From assembly GCA_002633005.1 (NCBI GenBank), contig NMRA01000002.1:2264655-2328654 (forward strand): a stretch of DNA of 64,000 nt, read 5' to 3'. The DNA comes from Phoronis australis (Eukaryota > Animalia > Phoronida). The notes beneath the pieces were generated by a model that worked only from the letters and a program-made list of their open reading frames with translations, was not told the DNA's origin and ran no database searches. Shown here one piece after another: positions 25,972 to 38,181 of the stretch (the stretch's first letter is position 1; each line of letters opens with the position of its first letter). The translations under genes were made by a program, and so were the position numbers.

Positions 25972-28900
25972 TTTTGCCGTGTGAACCTCGTCTCGTGAAT
26001 TGTCCGTTCTCAGATTGATCCCGGCTAAGTCAAAATAACCGAACAAAATGTTTACACTTAGAGTTCGTGTCAGGATCCCGGGGGAGTCATATACTTACAT
26101 ACTGTACGTGTAGGTTTCATATACACTGTATATGGGGCGTGCAGTTAGGATGGGTAACTTACCGCAAATGTTTGCCTTTATCGACCAAATTGCCTTCAAA
26201 AGTGTCGAATTTTAGGTGCAACTCTATGCAAAGGATCAAATTTGTGCAACAGAACTCTGCCTCTAGGCCCAGTTGCATAAAAGTTATAAGCCGTATAGCA
26301 ACAATGACGTCGCATTATCACGCGCCACGTCGTTATTGTTGAACAGTGCACCTGACGTCATGCAACAATCAAACTTATCCAGAGGATAATTTTGAAGTTT
26401 TATGCAACCCAACCCAGACTGAGACCCACAAAACGCAAAACAATCGAAAGGGTGATATTCATTTAGTTTTAGCCACTAAACATTGTAGGGTTTAAGCTCA
26501 TACTAAAGGATTGTGTTACGGACCAAACACAACAAAATGGAGACTGTTTATAGAAGTTCCCAAAATGGGTCCCTATTCCAAAAAAAAAACGTTCGCCGGG
26601 GATTCATCTTGCCGTCAGACAGTCTGAGAAGGTGGCAATTTGAATTTTCTAGTGACAAACCCCGTCAAACATTAAATCAATCACCGCCTAGGTTCGGTTG
26701 CTATCGTGACCCTGGGGATAAGCTGTGTCTGACTGACCACCTTTGTTCTCTGCATGAGTGGCTTACCACGTTTTGGACCATCTAAACCTACCAAATATTT
26801 CCGTTGCTGTACTGAATTTCAAAAAGTCCCCACCGAGTTCATTGCCGGCCGACGGGGACACCAGTGTTAAGTTTCAGTAAGTAAGATATGGGCTGTTTTA
26901 AGCTGTGAAATATTCATTGTATGAGCGACCACAACTTATTATTCGATCCGTGTACATGCATGTGTAGTTCGCATTGAGGGCTTTGTGATTAACATATTTC
27001 TTTCAAAATATCTTTGAAGTTAATGATGCCCTACTTCTTGAGGGTAATCAAATTCGCGACCCGTAAGATTACGATAGTGCAATTAATAAATGCACTTAAT
27101 ATACTCTTTATGTATATCATAGAAAAGCTCTGTCAATAATTGTTCTTAGTGTCTTCGACACTTAATGCAACGACTTAAACTATGCTTGATTACCGTCATC
27201 GATGAACATTTGTTTCTGGTACGATTGTTTAACGTACGCGTGAACCTGAAAACCAAAAATTACATTTGTTGATAAATGACTTCCTTAATGTGTTAATTTT
27301 GATTTATTTTTTTTTATAGGAATCGGAATAAATATTTTAGACGTTTTTCACCAAGCACTTTCCTCCGTCGTGTCTCTTCTTTTTCTGTGAATCCGATTCA
27401 GCTCCTCCTAAGGACTCAATTACACTTTCGGTAAATTCCGTGATAGGTCGAACACTACCGAGCGTTTTAAGGTTACCACATGGAACTTGTGAATCGAGTC
27501 TGAAATATACAAAAATGTAAGCAATGTCGCATTCCGACATGTATGTGCGATCATAATAGTCACAGAATACGATTTATGGCATAAGTAAATTCGCCGAATT
27601 CGTGGATGCATTCGACTACGCAGTGTATTTCACACCTCTAAAAAGTCGCAGACCCGGGGATCGAAGTCAACTACTATACGCCAAACATGGATTTATATCA
27701 ACCATCAGACATTAGTTACGGAAACCAGAAACAACACGATACTCAGTTAGTAAACAGATACATTTACTTCGGTCTTCTGTAAGACCGGTCTGGTGAATTA
27801 CGATTATATATAAAACCGGAATGTTTCCTACAGCTCACAGTTTTGAGAACTTGATTTGTGCAAGAAATGAATTCAAGAGACATGAATATACATGTAGTTC
27901 TATTTCTCAATGTTAAAGTGGTTTTAAGTAGCAAACATAAAATCATGGCTAAATCTCACCCCAGCTTGGTCATTTCTCGACAAATCGCGCCTCGCGATTC
28001 TCTAAGTAATTTCGTTCTGTGCTCTTCCAAAAAAATTCATAATTCCTGTTCTTTATTTTAGATTACACCATGTCCACTCTGTAGCACACCTTCTCGATAA
28101 CATGACGTGGTATTGGGCCGACATCGGCCCAGTAACGTAAAACCGTATACGGTATAAACGGTACAAGCCAGCACTGTACCAGTAATGGCCCAGTATAGTG
28201 ATGCTGACTTGGAACAGCTAATTTTGTCAGATAAGAAAACCAGGCAAGAATAACTTGCTAAAAAGTGCTATTAACATCTGGGGATTCATAATTCATTGAA
28301 ACTTTCTGTGAAATAATGTTTTGACTAATGTTGATATTTTGTATTGAAATGGATAATAACCAGAATATTGCAGGCTCCACAAGGGTACGGATACTAGCGC
28401 TCAATGTATATACACAACTGGTAACTCGACTCAGAGTGATGACACCATACATTGTATGTATGCCTGGCCACAGACTGTGTTGTTCTTCCGAACTGTTAAT
28501 GGATATGTAGGCGAATCTTTGGCAAATGTGAGTCGATTTTCAACCAAAATATTTTCGATGTGCTGAACGTAAGCTATTTTATGATTAACTTTGAACATTA
28601 AAGAGAAAAATGAAATAACCGAATGCTCGGCCACATTCCACTGAGGGACAGCCGACGGCTTATCACTGCCGTAAATAAAACGAGAACCTGAAACGTACAC
28701 ACAATTGCTGCATAGTAATGTGGCCATTCGCAGTAGCGCTGCCCTTCATGACACTCAGTTCACAAAATTATTTATAGTGCAACCTTAGAATTTATTATGT
28801 AATTACATGTCACAACTACATTCGTAAGTCTGAACTTTTGAGGATTGACGAAATTCACAATACAGAGCATAATTTGTTACAAATCTATCTGTGACTCGTC

Positions 28901-30360
28901 TGATGCTTGTTAACGTCCATTAATAGGCTAAATATGAAGTGGGTTCACGAATTGTCACGACCTCCACTGGGGGCGCCAGCATGCGTGTGACGTCAGGTGG
29001 ACACTAGGGTCTTAGTTAACATTTACCATTCTGCGTGCCACAGTCTCCGGTAGACTGCGGCCATCATATCTTCTGGCACTAGCATTGTAAAAATGGACAG
29101 TTGCCGATTTGGGCAACTGGACGAAGGATTGATCGAGAAAAAGTTTGATTACGGGAGAATTTCTTCCAGTTGGAAGAAACAGAAAGACATCGACAGCATC
29201 CTATGCACAGAAGCTACTCACAGCCACGTCATTTTTACGTTTTAATCACTGAGAGCGAGGCATAATTCGCCGAATTGTTTTCGGCGTATGAAGGTCCTAA
29301 GCGAGTGCCACCGTCTCTACATACTAAGTAGAGACGTTGGCACGGTCTTACACTAGGATGAGAAGAGTGTCTGAGGAAGGCACTGCTTTACTGCAACAAT
29401 GCAAAAATGGTGCAGGGGGGGGGGGTCCGAACCACCGGCCATGACATAAACATTGACGCCGGGGACACGCTGACCTGTGGAACGTAAATTAAATTCAAAT
29501 GTCGAAAGATGGAAGCTACTCCAAGTTTACCACAGGCTGAACTGCATTGCAGATGCCTCATACGGCACAACCAGGCACTGTACAATTCGATATCACCCGT
29601 CGTATTAATCAATTTCGTCAATATTTAATCAAAGTGACACACATCAAACACTAACAATGACAAGCTCCGTGGAATAATATCCCCTAAACGTGTTGTGTTA
29701 TGACATTCGTTCTTTCGTCCAAATATTTTTGCAGTTAAATACTGGCGGACCACACTGCTCGTCGTAAACCGCGTGTCTTCAACTATCCTCAATTTACCTC
29801 ATTGATTACACGTTTGGAAGCTACATCTGTATTTCTCTGTCACTCATTTATTTGTCTTGCTATCATTCTGATGAGGATTACAATAACGGTGTGAGAAGCG
29901 CTGACAAGGTAAAAAGCGTGTCAGCTTCTTCAGGACAGAGATCATTTAGAAAAAGGTGGCTATGAGTCAATTGGCAAACACAGCTTCAAACACATGGACC
30001 CATTTTTAAAACATATGGCTAACGTTAGTCAAATGTGTGCGGCCTTTTTCTGTTCGATTTGAGGAGAATGACATTTTTTATATGTGATTCCGTATTTCAT
30101 ATTAGGCCTCACGAAACACGTAAATCCACAGTTATTATCTGCATTTTGCAATCTAGACAACATATCAATGAAATTGTTTTGATCAACTTTTTTGCAATGT
30201 AGTATACGTGTATTAGGTTCTGAATGCAATGATGTTATTCAAGACAGAAGAAGGCAAAACTGAAACAGTGTTAGTCCGCCCGGATCATTTTGAAAATGGC
30301 GGATTATCTTTCGTGGGTCACTCGGTGTTCAGTGCTACACGATTATTCGTTTTAAATTAA

Positions 30361-30975
30361 TTTTAACCCATGCCTCGAATATATAATCTAGATCAAGTGT
30401 TCAGCGGCATACTAATTGGTTGGAATTCTTAAGGGTTTCTGGAGGGCACAATCCAGTGTGTATTTTGTCTGTCATATGCCATTTAGTGGCCAGTGGGATG
30501 TATTAAATCACATGTAATTGATTTTTGTGGTATCTCGAATATATGAGCTAGATCATTTTTGGGGGGGTCATATGTGGGTTCCTTGTGGACCTTTTCCAGA
30601 ATACAATTTGTTTGCCATGGATCATTCGGTGTTAAGTGCGGCACCATTGATTGATTAAAATTAGTTTTAGCCGGTACCTCGAATATCAAGTAACCTAGCT
30701 CAAATTTTCAGTGGCATGCCGTTTTTGATGTTCTGGGTTTTCTGGCGGGCACAAACCAGATTGTATTTTGCCTGCCATGGGACGCATTTATCTATATAGA
30801 ACTTTTTGTGGTACATCGGATGTATGAGGTAGTTCTTTTTTTGGGGTGAGGCTTTTTGGGTTTCTGGTGGCCCCTTTCCAGAGTGCAATTTATCTGCCAT
30901 CGGTCATTGGCTGATAACTGCAGCACGATTGCTCGTTTTAGAACAGTTTTGACCGGTACCTCGAATATCAAATCT
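30361..30975. repeat. Degenerate ~300-bp-period tandem repeat
   Basis: tttta.cc(g)gtacctcgaatat recurs at ~30361, 30666 and 30948, and gggtt(t)tctgg.gggcacaa.ccag recurs at 30433 and 30735. Confidence 0.5.
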
Positions 30976-32039
30976 AATTCACACCCATAGCCTAGACAAC
31001 AGCAGAGATCATTTTCTGTACATACTGAGGTGGAATCTAAGTGCTCCCGGGGTCAGACGTTGGTACCTCGTTAAGATGCTAAATAGTGCTCTGTGCTGTC
31101 GGTCTGCCACTGTTTATTCCCCATAATGAAATTTATTACTCTGACATAAATCCTATTATTAGGGCAAATATCATTATACAGCCCTACATGCTTCATATCC
31201 AACTCCTTGTTAGTTCCTACCAAGTCCGATGGTAGCGCTGTTTGTTCTTTCTCTCCAGCTTCCTGTTGGCCCAACCTCAAGCAACAGTACATTCACTCGT
31301 AAGTTTTCCTAATTAGACAATTTTATACCTTATAGACTCCTTCCTGTTTGTCGTTAATTGTCTTGGACACAAGTTACTTCACGTATTTATTACTTTTAGC
31401 CACAGATAGAGATGGCTTTTCTCACGGCCGCTTTCTTTCGATCCCTCAAACCCAAACCAATCCCTCGCCAATACTCCGTTCATGACCGTGGTTCCAAACA
31501 ACCACTTCCTGGGTATAAGTGGGATATCTTGCGGCAATCCCCCTCTGCTTTGGGGGATCGAGGAGACCCAGCGGCGAGATACAAAGGTTATCAATGGGGC
31601 GGGTATGACAGGGCCTGCCATGCGACCCAGGTCCCATTCTTTTATGAGTTTGTCCGAGTTACTGATATCAGGTTTCTTGCTGTGGTGTGGTTTCTCGTGC
31701 CCGTGTATTGTAACCTAAAGCTATTTTAAGCCTTGAACAAGGAGTGAAGCACAGATGGGGTCTGGCTACCCATGTAGAATGCGTTTGAATGCCAGCGGTT
31801 TGACAAGCGTGTGACCTAGGGTCCAGATGTACTGATAATTTGGGTGAATTGATGGTGGATGCTGGAATTACATAACACTAGACTACTAGGTACTATTCCA
31901 ACTGGACATGAGGTAATATTGATGTAAACAGATGGGATTTACAATGGTTGAGACCCTGAAATTCCCAATACAACTTAAATATACATTATTCTTGATGTTT
32001 TATTTGTCCCCAATAATGAGATTGATGACACCCTGGCAT

Positions 32040-32940
32040 AAATCCTATTGTTTGGGCAAATATCATTATACAGCCCTACATGCTTCATATCCAACTCCTA
32101 GTTAGTTGCTATCAAGTCCGATGGTAGCGCTGTTTGTTCTTTCTCTCCAGCTTCATTTTGGCCCAGCCTCAAGCAGCACTGTACATTCACCCGAAAATTT
32201 TCCTAATTAGACAATTTTATACTTCTCCCACCCTCCCTACCCTGGGTACCACGAAATCTCAAGTCCACCGATTCTTACCTTTCCCACACTCTCTCCCTTT
32301 TGTCGAACAAAATCTGCTGTTGGTTATTGTTGTTTTTGCAGCCCCTGCTGGTACCTTCTTCAGGCTGGGTGCGTGTTACCGTCAGGCAAGAACCGCCGTC
32401 ATTGGCTAGCGACCCGACCTGTACTCGAGCATCCACCACTGCAGCTTGCTTCTCTCCACCCCGGTCACAGCTTTCGGTACATACTGAGCCACGACACCAC
32501 ATTCCTTACAATTTCTCGTTTTATCACTCCGGCTGGTCTGCTCACTCAGCTTGTCCAGAACCCTGCTTTGCAGGTTGTTATAGCCCAGTTGGCTGTTTGG
32601 TGTACCCACTTTGTACTTTATATGATATTTGCCCATTTGGCAGTTTGTACCCACTTGGTACTTGTTATTGAATTTGCCATTTTCAGCTCGACCCAGTTGG
32701 TAGGCAATCGGCCAATACCCATTAGGTATTATGTGCCCATTTGGTACTATGCTAGCCTGTGACACTTAGCATCCGATGCTCAGTTACACTTTGGGTATTG
32801 GAAATGTGTGTGTTATCTCTTAATTAAGGAACCCATCTGGTTCCTTCTGTGAAATATTTTTTTGTAGAGCTGTGACCCTGAAATTCCCAATACAACTTAA
32901 AATATACATTATTCTTGTTGTTTTATTTGTCCCCAATAAT
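32040..32940. repeat. ~900-bp interspersed repeat R; further copies at 31150-32016 (head and tail only) and 40520-41365
   Basis: Head tcctatt.tt.ggcaaata..catgcttca.atccaactcc..ccgatggtagcgctgtttg, internal tacccayttggtac sub-repeats and tail gaccctgaaattcccaatacaacttaaa are shared. Confidence 0.75.
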
Positions 32941-32983
32941 TACATTTGTGTCCGAAGCGCGGTTTGTTGCTCCTAAAAAAACT

Positions 32984-33895
32984 TTACGCTTTGTTGGAAA
33001 GCATAGAAATAATACATATCGCAGCCAAAGTTACAATATTAACTTTCCGTTGTGACGAGCACCCTTCAATAAATAAAGTAAAATTAAATTTAAGCTCTTT
33101 TCTCATGGCAATCTCATTTCTATAACGTGACTCGCAGACAACCAATTTGTCTTTCAGTTTCAAAATATCATGTTCAGTTGTTGTCGTTGAGACTCGTCTT
33201 TGCAACACCATGTAGCCCGGCTTTTCACCTTCCCAGCTTTCTTTTACAAGTGTGAAAGAGCAATATTTCTTGTCACCAACTCTGATGACAAGAGAGCTAT
33301 CCGGACCCCCGCCCGTGCTCGTGCATTTCAGGTTCACTCCCATTAACGCACTAGCGTTGAATATTTTAACCTTGCTCACACCACCCACGGTATCTGTAAT
33401 ATTTACTTGGATACCCGTCACGACAAAATTCATATGGTGTGGTTTTCTGCTGACAACAATTTTCACAACTGGAGTGGTTTGTTCCAAGTCACTTGTTGGC
33501 TTGTACAAGCAGCGATAAAAACCTTCGTCGCTTTCGCGAATGCGTATTGAAACCACTGTTCTGCTCATGAACGTTTCAGCAGTGCCGTAATGATATGCAT
33601 CAACAGTTATGTTCTCGTCATCCTCGAAATGTTTACCCCTAACGCTCATATGTCTTTTGTTAAGGCTGAGCCACCCGTTTGCTTCATCTTGCTTCCTCTG
33701 TATAAAGTATTCACTCACTCCACTTCTTCTCCACATATTGCCTCTCCAGCCAATGTCAACGATCACACTGCAAGTCAGATTCAAGAACTGTTTCAATTCG
33801 AGCACTGTAGAGCTGGTTTCCATGCACAGTTGGGGTTCTTGCGATATTACCTGGCAAGCCATTGCCACCAACAGCCAAATCAAGACAACCGACAT
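32984..33895 (-). CDS. Intronless cell-surface protein: signal peptide, two Ig-like domains, probable GPI-anchor signal (303 aa)
   Basis: MSVVLIWLLVAMACQVISQ signal. Domain 1 has LNLTCSV..W..IRESDEGFYRC (Ig DxGxYxC motif). Domain 2 has VNLKCTSTGGGP..VVCES. The tail GCSS..VNIVTLAAICIISML is hydrophobic. AATAAA lies 57 nt after the stop. Confidence 0.8.
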   Translation of the reverse strand: MSVVLIWLLVAMACQVISQEPQLCMETSSTVLELKQFLNLTCSVIVDIGWRGNMWRRSGVSEYFIQRKQDEANGWLSLNKRHMSVRGKHFEDDENITVDAYHYGTAETFMSRTVVSIRIRESDEGFYRCLYKPTSDLEQTTPVVKIVVSRKPHHMNFVVTGIQVNITDTVGGVSKVKIFNASALMGVNLKCTSTGGGPDSSLVIRVGDKKYCSFTLVKESWEGEKPGYMVLQRRVSTTTTEHDILKLKDKLVVCESRYRNEIAMRKELKFNFTLFIEGCSSQRKVNIVTLAAICIISMLSNKA

Positions 33896-34700
33896 AATTT
33901 TATTCACCGGTTGTAATAAGAAGCATTAGGGCATACATGTACCTTAGATGTCGAACAAATCACTCAGAGATCTTGTCACAAGGAGTTGAGTCAAAACCAT
34001 CGTCGGTTTGTCGTCAACAATTTGCTATGACGAAATCACAAGATTAGGAATGACTTTGTGAGCTATTGACAGGCTTTAACGGTGAAAACCAAAGTTCTAA
34101 ATTTCTTTAATTTTGGTGACTCAATAGAAAAATGGGTCCTTGTACTAGACAGAGAGACAAAGCAACGTGTTATATTTAAATAAAATTCCAGACATTAATT
34201 TTAATAGTAAGCATGGTGAAATACAGAAGGCTATAAACATGTGAAATTCATAATTATGCCACAACTTATACATGTCTCCCTTCCCCTTCACAGACCTTCC
34301 TGAACCAGCTAAACAAAATGTTCTACTGTTTTGCATAAAACGATAAAAGGGAAAATTTGTCGCAAGACTACGGCTCAAGAGTGAAATGTTGGTGAATCCA
34401 GAATGACTGACGTCACTTAATTAACTTGCTTTCGTATACTACTTTTTCAGAGTACTACAAGTCCTTACGCAAATTTTCGAAAATTTTCTGTTATCGATAG
34501 TTTTAAAAAAATACATGTACTTATTGTTCGGAGATTTACATTTTACAAAGATGTCTCAAATGACTACTAACAAGCCTGTTTTCTATACATTGGTTTCTAA
34601 AAGGGATAACTCTTGTGCAAGATTTTTGTTTCCTTCACTTTAACGCTCAAGTAACTTTATTTTATGGTCTACGAAGCTCATTGTACGCTACCTGGAGTCA

Positions 34701-34841
34701 TGTTAGAGACGGAAAGCGTTAAATTATGTTACAGCTTCGTCCACTTTAGTACATCGAAGTTTATTTCAGAGACCAAGCTAAATCCGTGCGTACATCAAAA
34801 TGGCGGAAACCGGAAGCCCCTTCGTACAATATAAAGCACTA
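34701..34841 (-). mobile_element. Probable short 3' LTR of the Gypsy element
   Basis: Follows the pol stop and the polypurine tract GGGGAGAG, contains AATAAA and ends in ..CTCTAACA. No matching 5' LTR was found in the window. Confidence 0.55.
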
Positions 34842-36084
34842 CTCTCCCCAAAGTCCTAACACTAATAATATTACTGAAACATGAGTCCAATAGTCCACTC
34901 ACAAAAAGACCTATAAATCCAGACGAGCTGGCGGCTTCCACACACGAGTAGACCTTCGCAGGGTGGGGTGTCGGGCAATGTTTGAGATGATCGAGTTCTC
35001 GTCTGGCGGGGCACTTATACTCGCACCGTGTTCAGGCAATTCCTGAGCATTCTCAACAGCGCCAGAACCATTAGAACGAGCAGTCCCACGTTCCCACGAG
35101 TCCACACTGGAGTCCTCAGGACGAACACGGTATTGACGCTACACTATCTCATCCACGTTCCGACGAACAGTTCTCAAATCGACTAGCACAACTTCTGGCA
35201 TAGGTTAAAGGTCCTCAGTGTATGACGAACAATCTCTCCGTTCAACCACGAAGTTCCAGAGCCAGCGGCATTGGCCAAGATCATGTCACCACGAACAAAA
35301 ATGCGGCATTTCGAATGCTTATCATGACAGTCCTTCTGTTTAGCCTCTTTGTCCAGAACACGATCCATAAGAGAATTGCCTGGAAACACCATATCGATAC
35401 GCTCACACAAACGACGCTTCATCAGTAACTCTACAGGAGATCTGCCCGCAAAAATGAGGGTGTTACGGTAGTTTAGCAAAAAACAAACGATACCCCTTAG
35501 TGTTGACGTCACCACCAGACATCTTGCTTAAAGCACTCTTGACTACCATAACGGCACATTCAGCGAGACCATTAGAGATCGGGTGGAAAGTAACAGAGGT
35601 ACATGTAACCTGTCTGATGCAATCAACGCCACAAACTGTTTAAACTCAGTGCTAGTGAATGCAGCACCATTGTCGGACACGACACTCAATGGTAAGCTAC
35701 ATGTATGAGTAGCAAACGAGCAACGCAGCTTGTCAATGATTGTTTTCGATGACAACGACGAAAGAGGATACAAATCCATCCACTTATTTAGAATGAGCAT
35801 CGATAACCAACAGAATATGAGTGTTCATGAAAGGATCTAAATGATCTATAAGAATGCGCGTCCACGGTTGAGTAGGCCAGATCCACGGTTGCAGCGGGGC
35901 CTTAGGCGGGCTCAACGCTCCTTCTGACATCCGGAGCAATGACGAACGTGATTCTCTATGTCCTCATCGAGCTTAGGCCACCACACAACTTCGAGCATAG
36001 GCCCAGATGCATATAATGATAGGAAGTGCCCAGATGCATATAATGTAACCCACGCAGCATGTCATCACGACCTGAATGGGGAAC

Positions 36085-37082
36085 CAGTGGCGGATCTAGG
36101 ATATCACAAGGGAGGGACCCAATATTTTGTCTGTGAACATTTGCGCAAAGCACCATTGTAGATGTGCATAGCACCGAATAGCGGGGGGAGGTCGGGAGGG
36201 GGGTTTGCAAAACCCCCTCCCGCCCAGGACAATGTTTCTGTTTTTTCCTCTAAAAATCAAGCATTTTTCTTGATTCCTGAAGTATTATCCAAGAAAAAAA
36301 AGAAAAGCGGAGAACGTTTTAAACATGAAGAACTGCTCGAACTCACGACCTGGCGGATACAACGCGCGCGCTTGACCACTGCACCACCACAACTTCACTC
36401 GTAAGCAGTTACTAAGAGACCTATTTGTTTATGGTCCACAGCGTTTGCGCGCAAAACCTACTTCTTTTTTGTAATGCTTGTTATACTTTTTATATTTTGT
36501 GCAATCAGTTCGTAACAAATTTGTTGTATTTAGAATAGTCTTCAATTGTCCAAAAGACCAAATCCGTTTTTTGTGTTGGCATTAATGACGCGATTACTTT
36601 GGAAATTGTCTTAAGTTAAGGTTTGACAAGGAGAGAATTATGAGTTTTCTGAGTGATTCATTAAGGCTTCCATTAAGATTCACATCTTACCAGCAGCTTC
36701 TGTTTTTTCATCGTCACTCAGACACCATTTTCTTTAAAAATGAAGTAATTTTCTTCATTGCACAGTGAAGCAGGCGACGGAAACGGAGTCGTAGTGCCCA
36801 GCGCCACTGCCGCTCGCCTGGGATATCGCAGGAGAGGCTATACTTAGCCATAGTTCCGTTACCATTGCGCCGTGTTCCGAATTCGACACTTGAAATTGGA
36901 TCTGAGCCCCCCCAAAGACACTAAAACTGCACACATTTAAATTTTGTTTCAGTCGTATAATGTTGATTACCAGGGTTAATTAATAAACTCAACAATTCCC
37001 TGCGCTCTTGCTGTTTTATTTTTTTGCGGCAGCCAAGGGGGAGGGGGCGGTCCCCGTGCCCCTCCCCCTAAATCCGCCTATG
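36085..37082. mobile_element. 998-bp non-autonomous hAT-like element with a 5-bp TSD (GGAAC), inserted in the Gypsy integrase
   Basis: TIRs cagtggcggatctagg / cctaaatccgcctatg. GGAAC at 36080-84 and 37083-87. Removing the element and one TSD restores RVTVPHSGRDDMLRGLH in frame. Confidence 0.85.
36330..36393 (-). other. tRNA-derived Pol III promoter fragment (A and B boxes) inside the hAT-like element; allelic copy at ~38265-38330
   Basis: Minus strand gtggTGGTGCAGTGGtcaagcgcgcgcgttgtatccgccaggtcgtGAGTTCGAGCagt. No intact acceptor stem. Confidence 0.55.
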
Positions 37083-37254
37083 GGAACAGTAACACGAGAC
37101 CCCCACAATAACATGCCGTTCTGCTCATTCAACTCTGTTTTGCGCATTGCAAACAGCTTTAAGTCATCCGACGTACATGTATCATCTGGCCATCCAGTCA
37201 ACTCATAACGCATAACGGTAGACAGTACAGGGTCCGTGTCAATCCATCGCTTAA

Positions 37255-37850
37255 AGGCGACCTTTTCTCATGTCATTTTTAGCGAAAACAAGGTCCGAGA
37301 CCGTCTCTCAGTGCAGCTTGGTCGAATACTGTGTAATTTACATGTATGTCGCATCGCATAGTCGGTCTATTAAATAACAAGAGTGGAATTGCACAAGCGA
37401 AGATCTCCGTTGCTTTACGTAGCATCACTACCTTGAATATGAGCGAGTCTGGATCAAGGTACAGTATAGTCAAACGTCCACACTTTTGTTTTAACCAATC
37501 TACAGAAATTAAGATGTACTTAGTTCTGCGGTAACTATACAATCGCGTCAGATTCTTCGAACCAAATACTTGTATCCCCGAAAAGCATAAACATGTCAAC
37601 AAATGCAGATTGGTTTGAGGAACTTTAAGTACATGTACTAGTCCACGAGAGCAGCAGCCATGCAGCGGCAAGGTGGGGGTCAGCCGATTTTCACCAACTG
37701 TGACTCATAGGTACTCCAATGGGATCTATAAACAGTGGTAAGATATCTCCCCAAAATGTTACGTTCTACCAAAGCTATTAGCTCAAAACATAATTTACGG
37801 CTTCTCAGGGAATGTTTTCTGATTTTAACTGTTTGTTTTTTCCTTGAATG
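37255..37850 (+). mobile_element. Kolobok-like element end truncating the Gypsy pol at a TTAA site (allele from 39177); right end not defined
   Basis: ttaa-aggcgaccttttctcatgtcatttttagcgaaaacaagg resembles the reverse complement of the terminus at 9060-9108. Confidence 0.5.
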
Positions 37851-38181
37851 AAAGCTATTGAACTGTTATTCACTCGACGTTGTTTAAATGGTGCCAATAG
37901 ATAATTACATAGATGTCTTAAAAAAAAGATACCGATTTTCCACCCTCGTTTAGTAGTTTTACTACACTGCCCCCGTTATGCCATTTTAAGGTTATGTTTA
38001 ATACACTACGATACCAAATCTGTCCGTTCTGTCATGAGAATAAAACTTGGCCAAAATATTGACAAAACATGTTTCTTTCATTGTATTAAATAAAAACCTT
38101 GTCAGACAGTCTATTACTTATACATTTTGGCACCTCAAATGTACTAAAATGAGAAATTTTCAAATATTTGAGACCGCTCTN

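Larger units (their letters stand above)
34911..37250 (-). mobile_element. Decayed Ty3/Gypsy pol (integrase region), interrupted and 5'-truncated
   Basis: WIDTDPVLSTVMRYELTGWP..GMLLWGSRVTVP, WPTQPWTRI, DAHSKW, FATH..LP..VVSDNGAAFTSTEF, FHPISNGLAE, LLNYRNT..GRSPVELLMKR and a terminal LRRSTRVWKPPARLDL*. Several frameshifts. Confidence 0.9.

Noticed and set aside
36330-36393. Functional tRNA gene
   Set aside because: A and B boxes are present, but there is no pairing acceptor stem or clear anticodon arm, and it lies inside a transposon.
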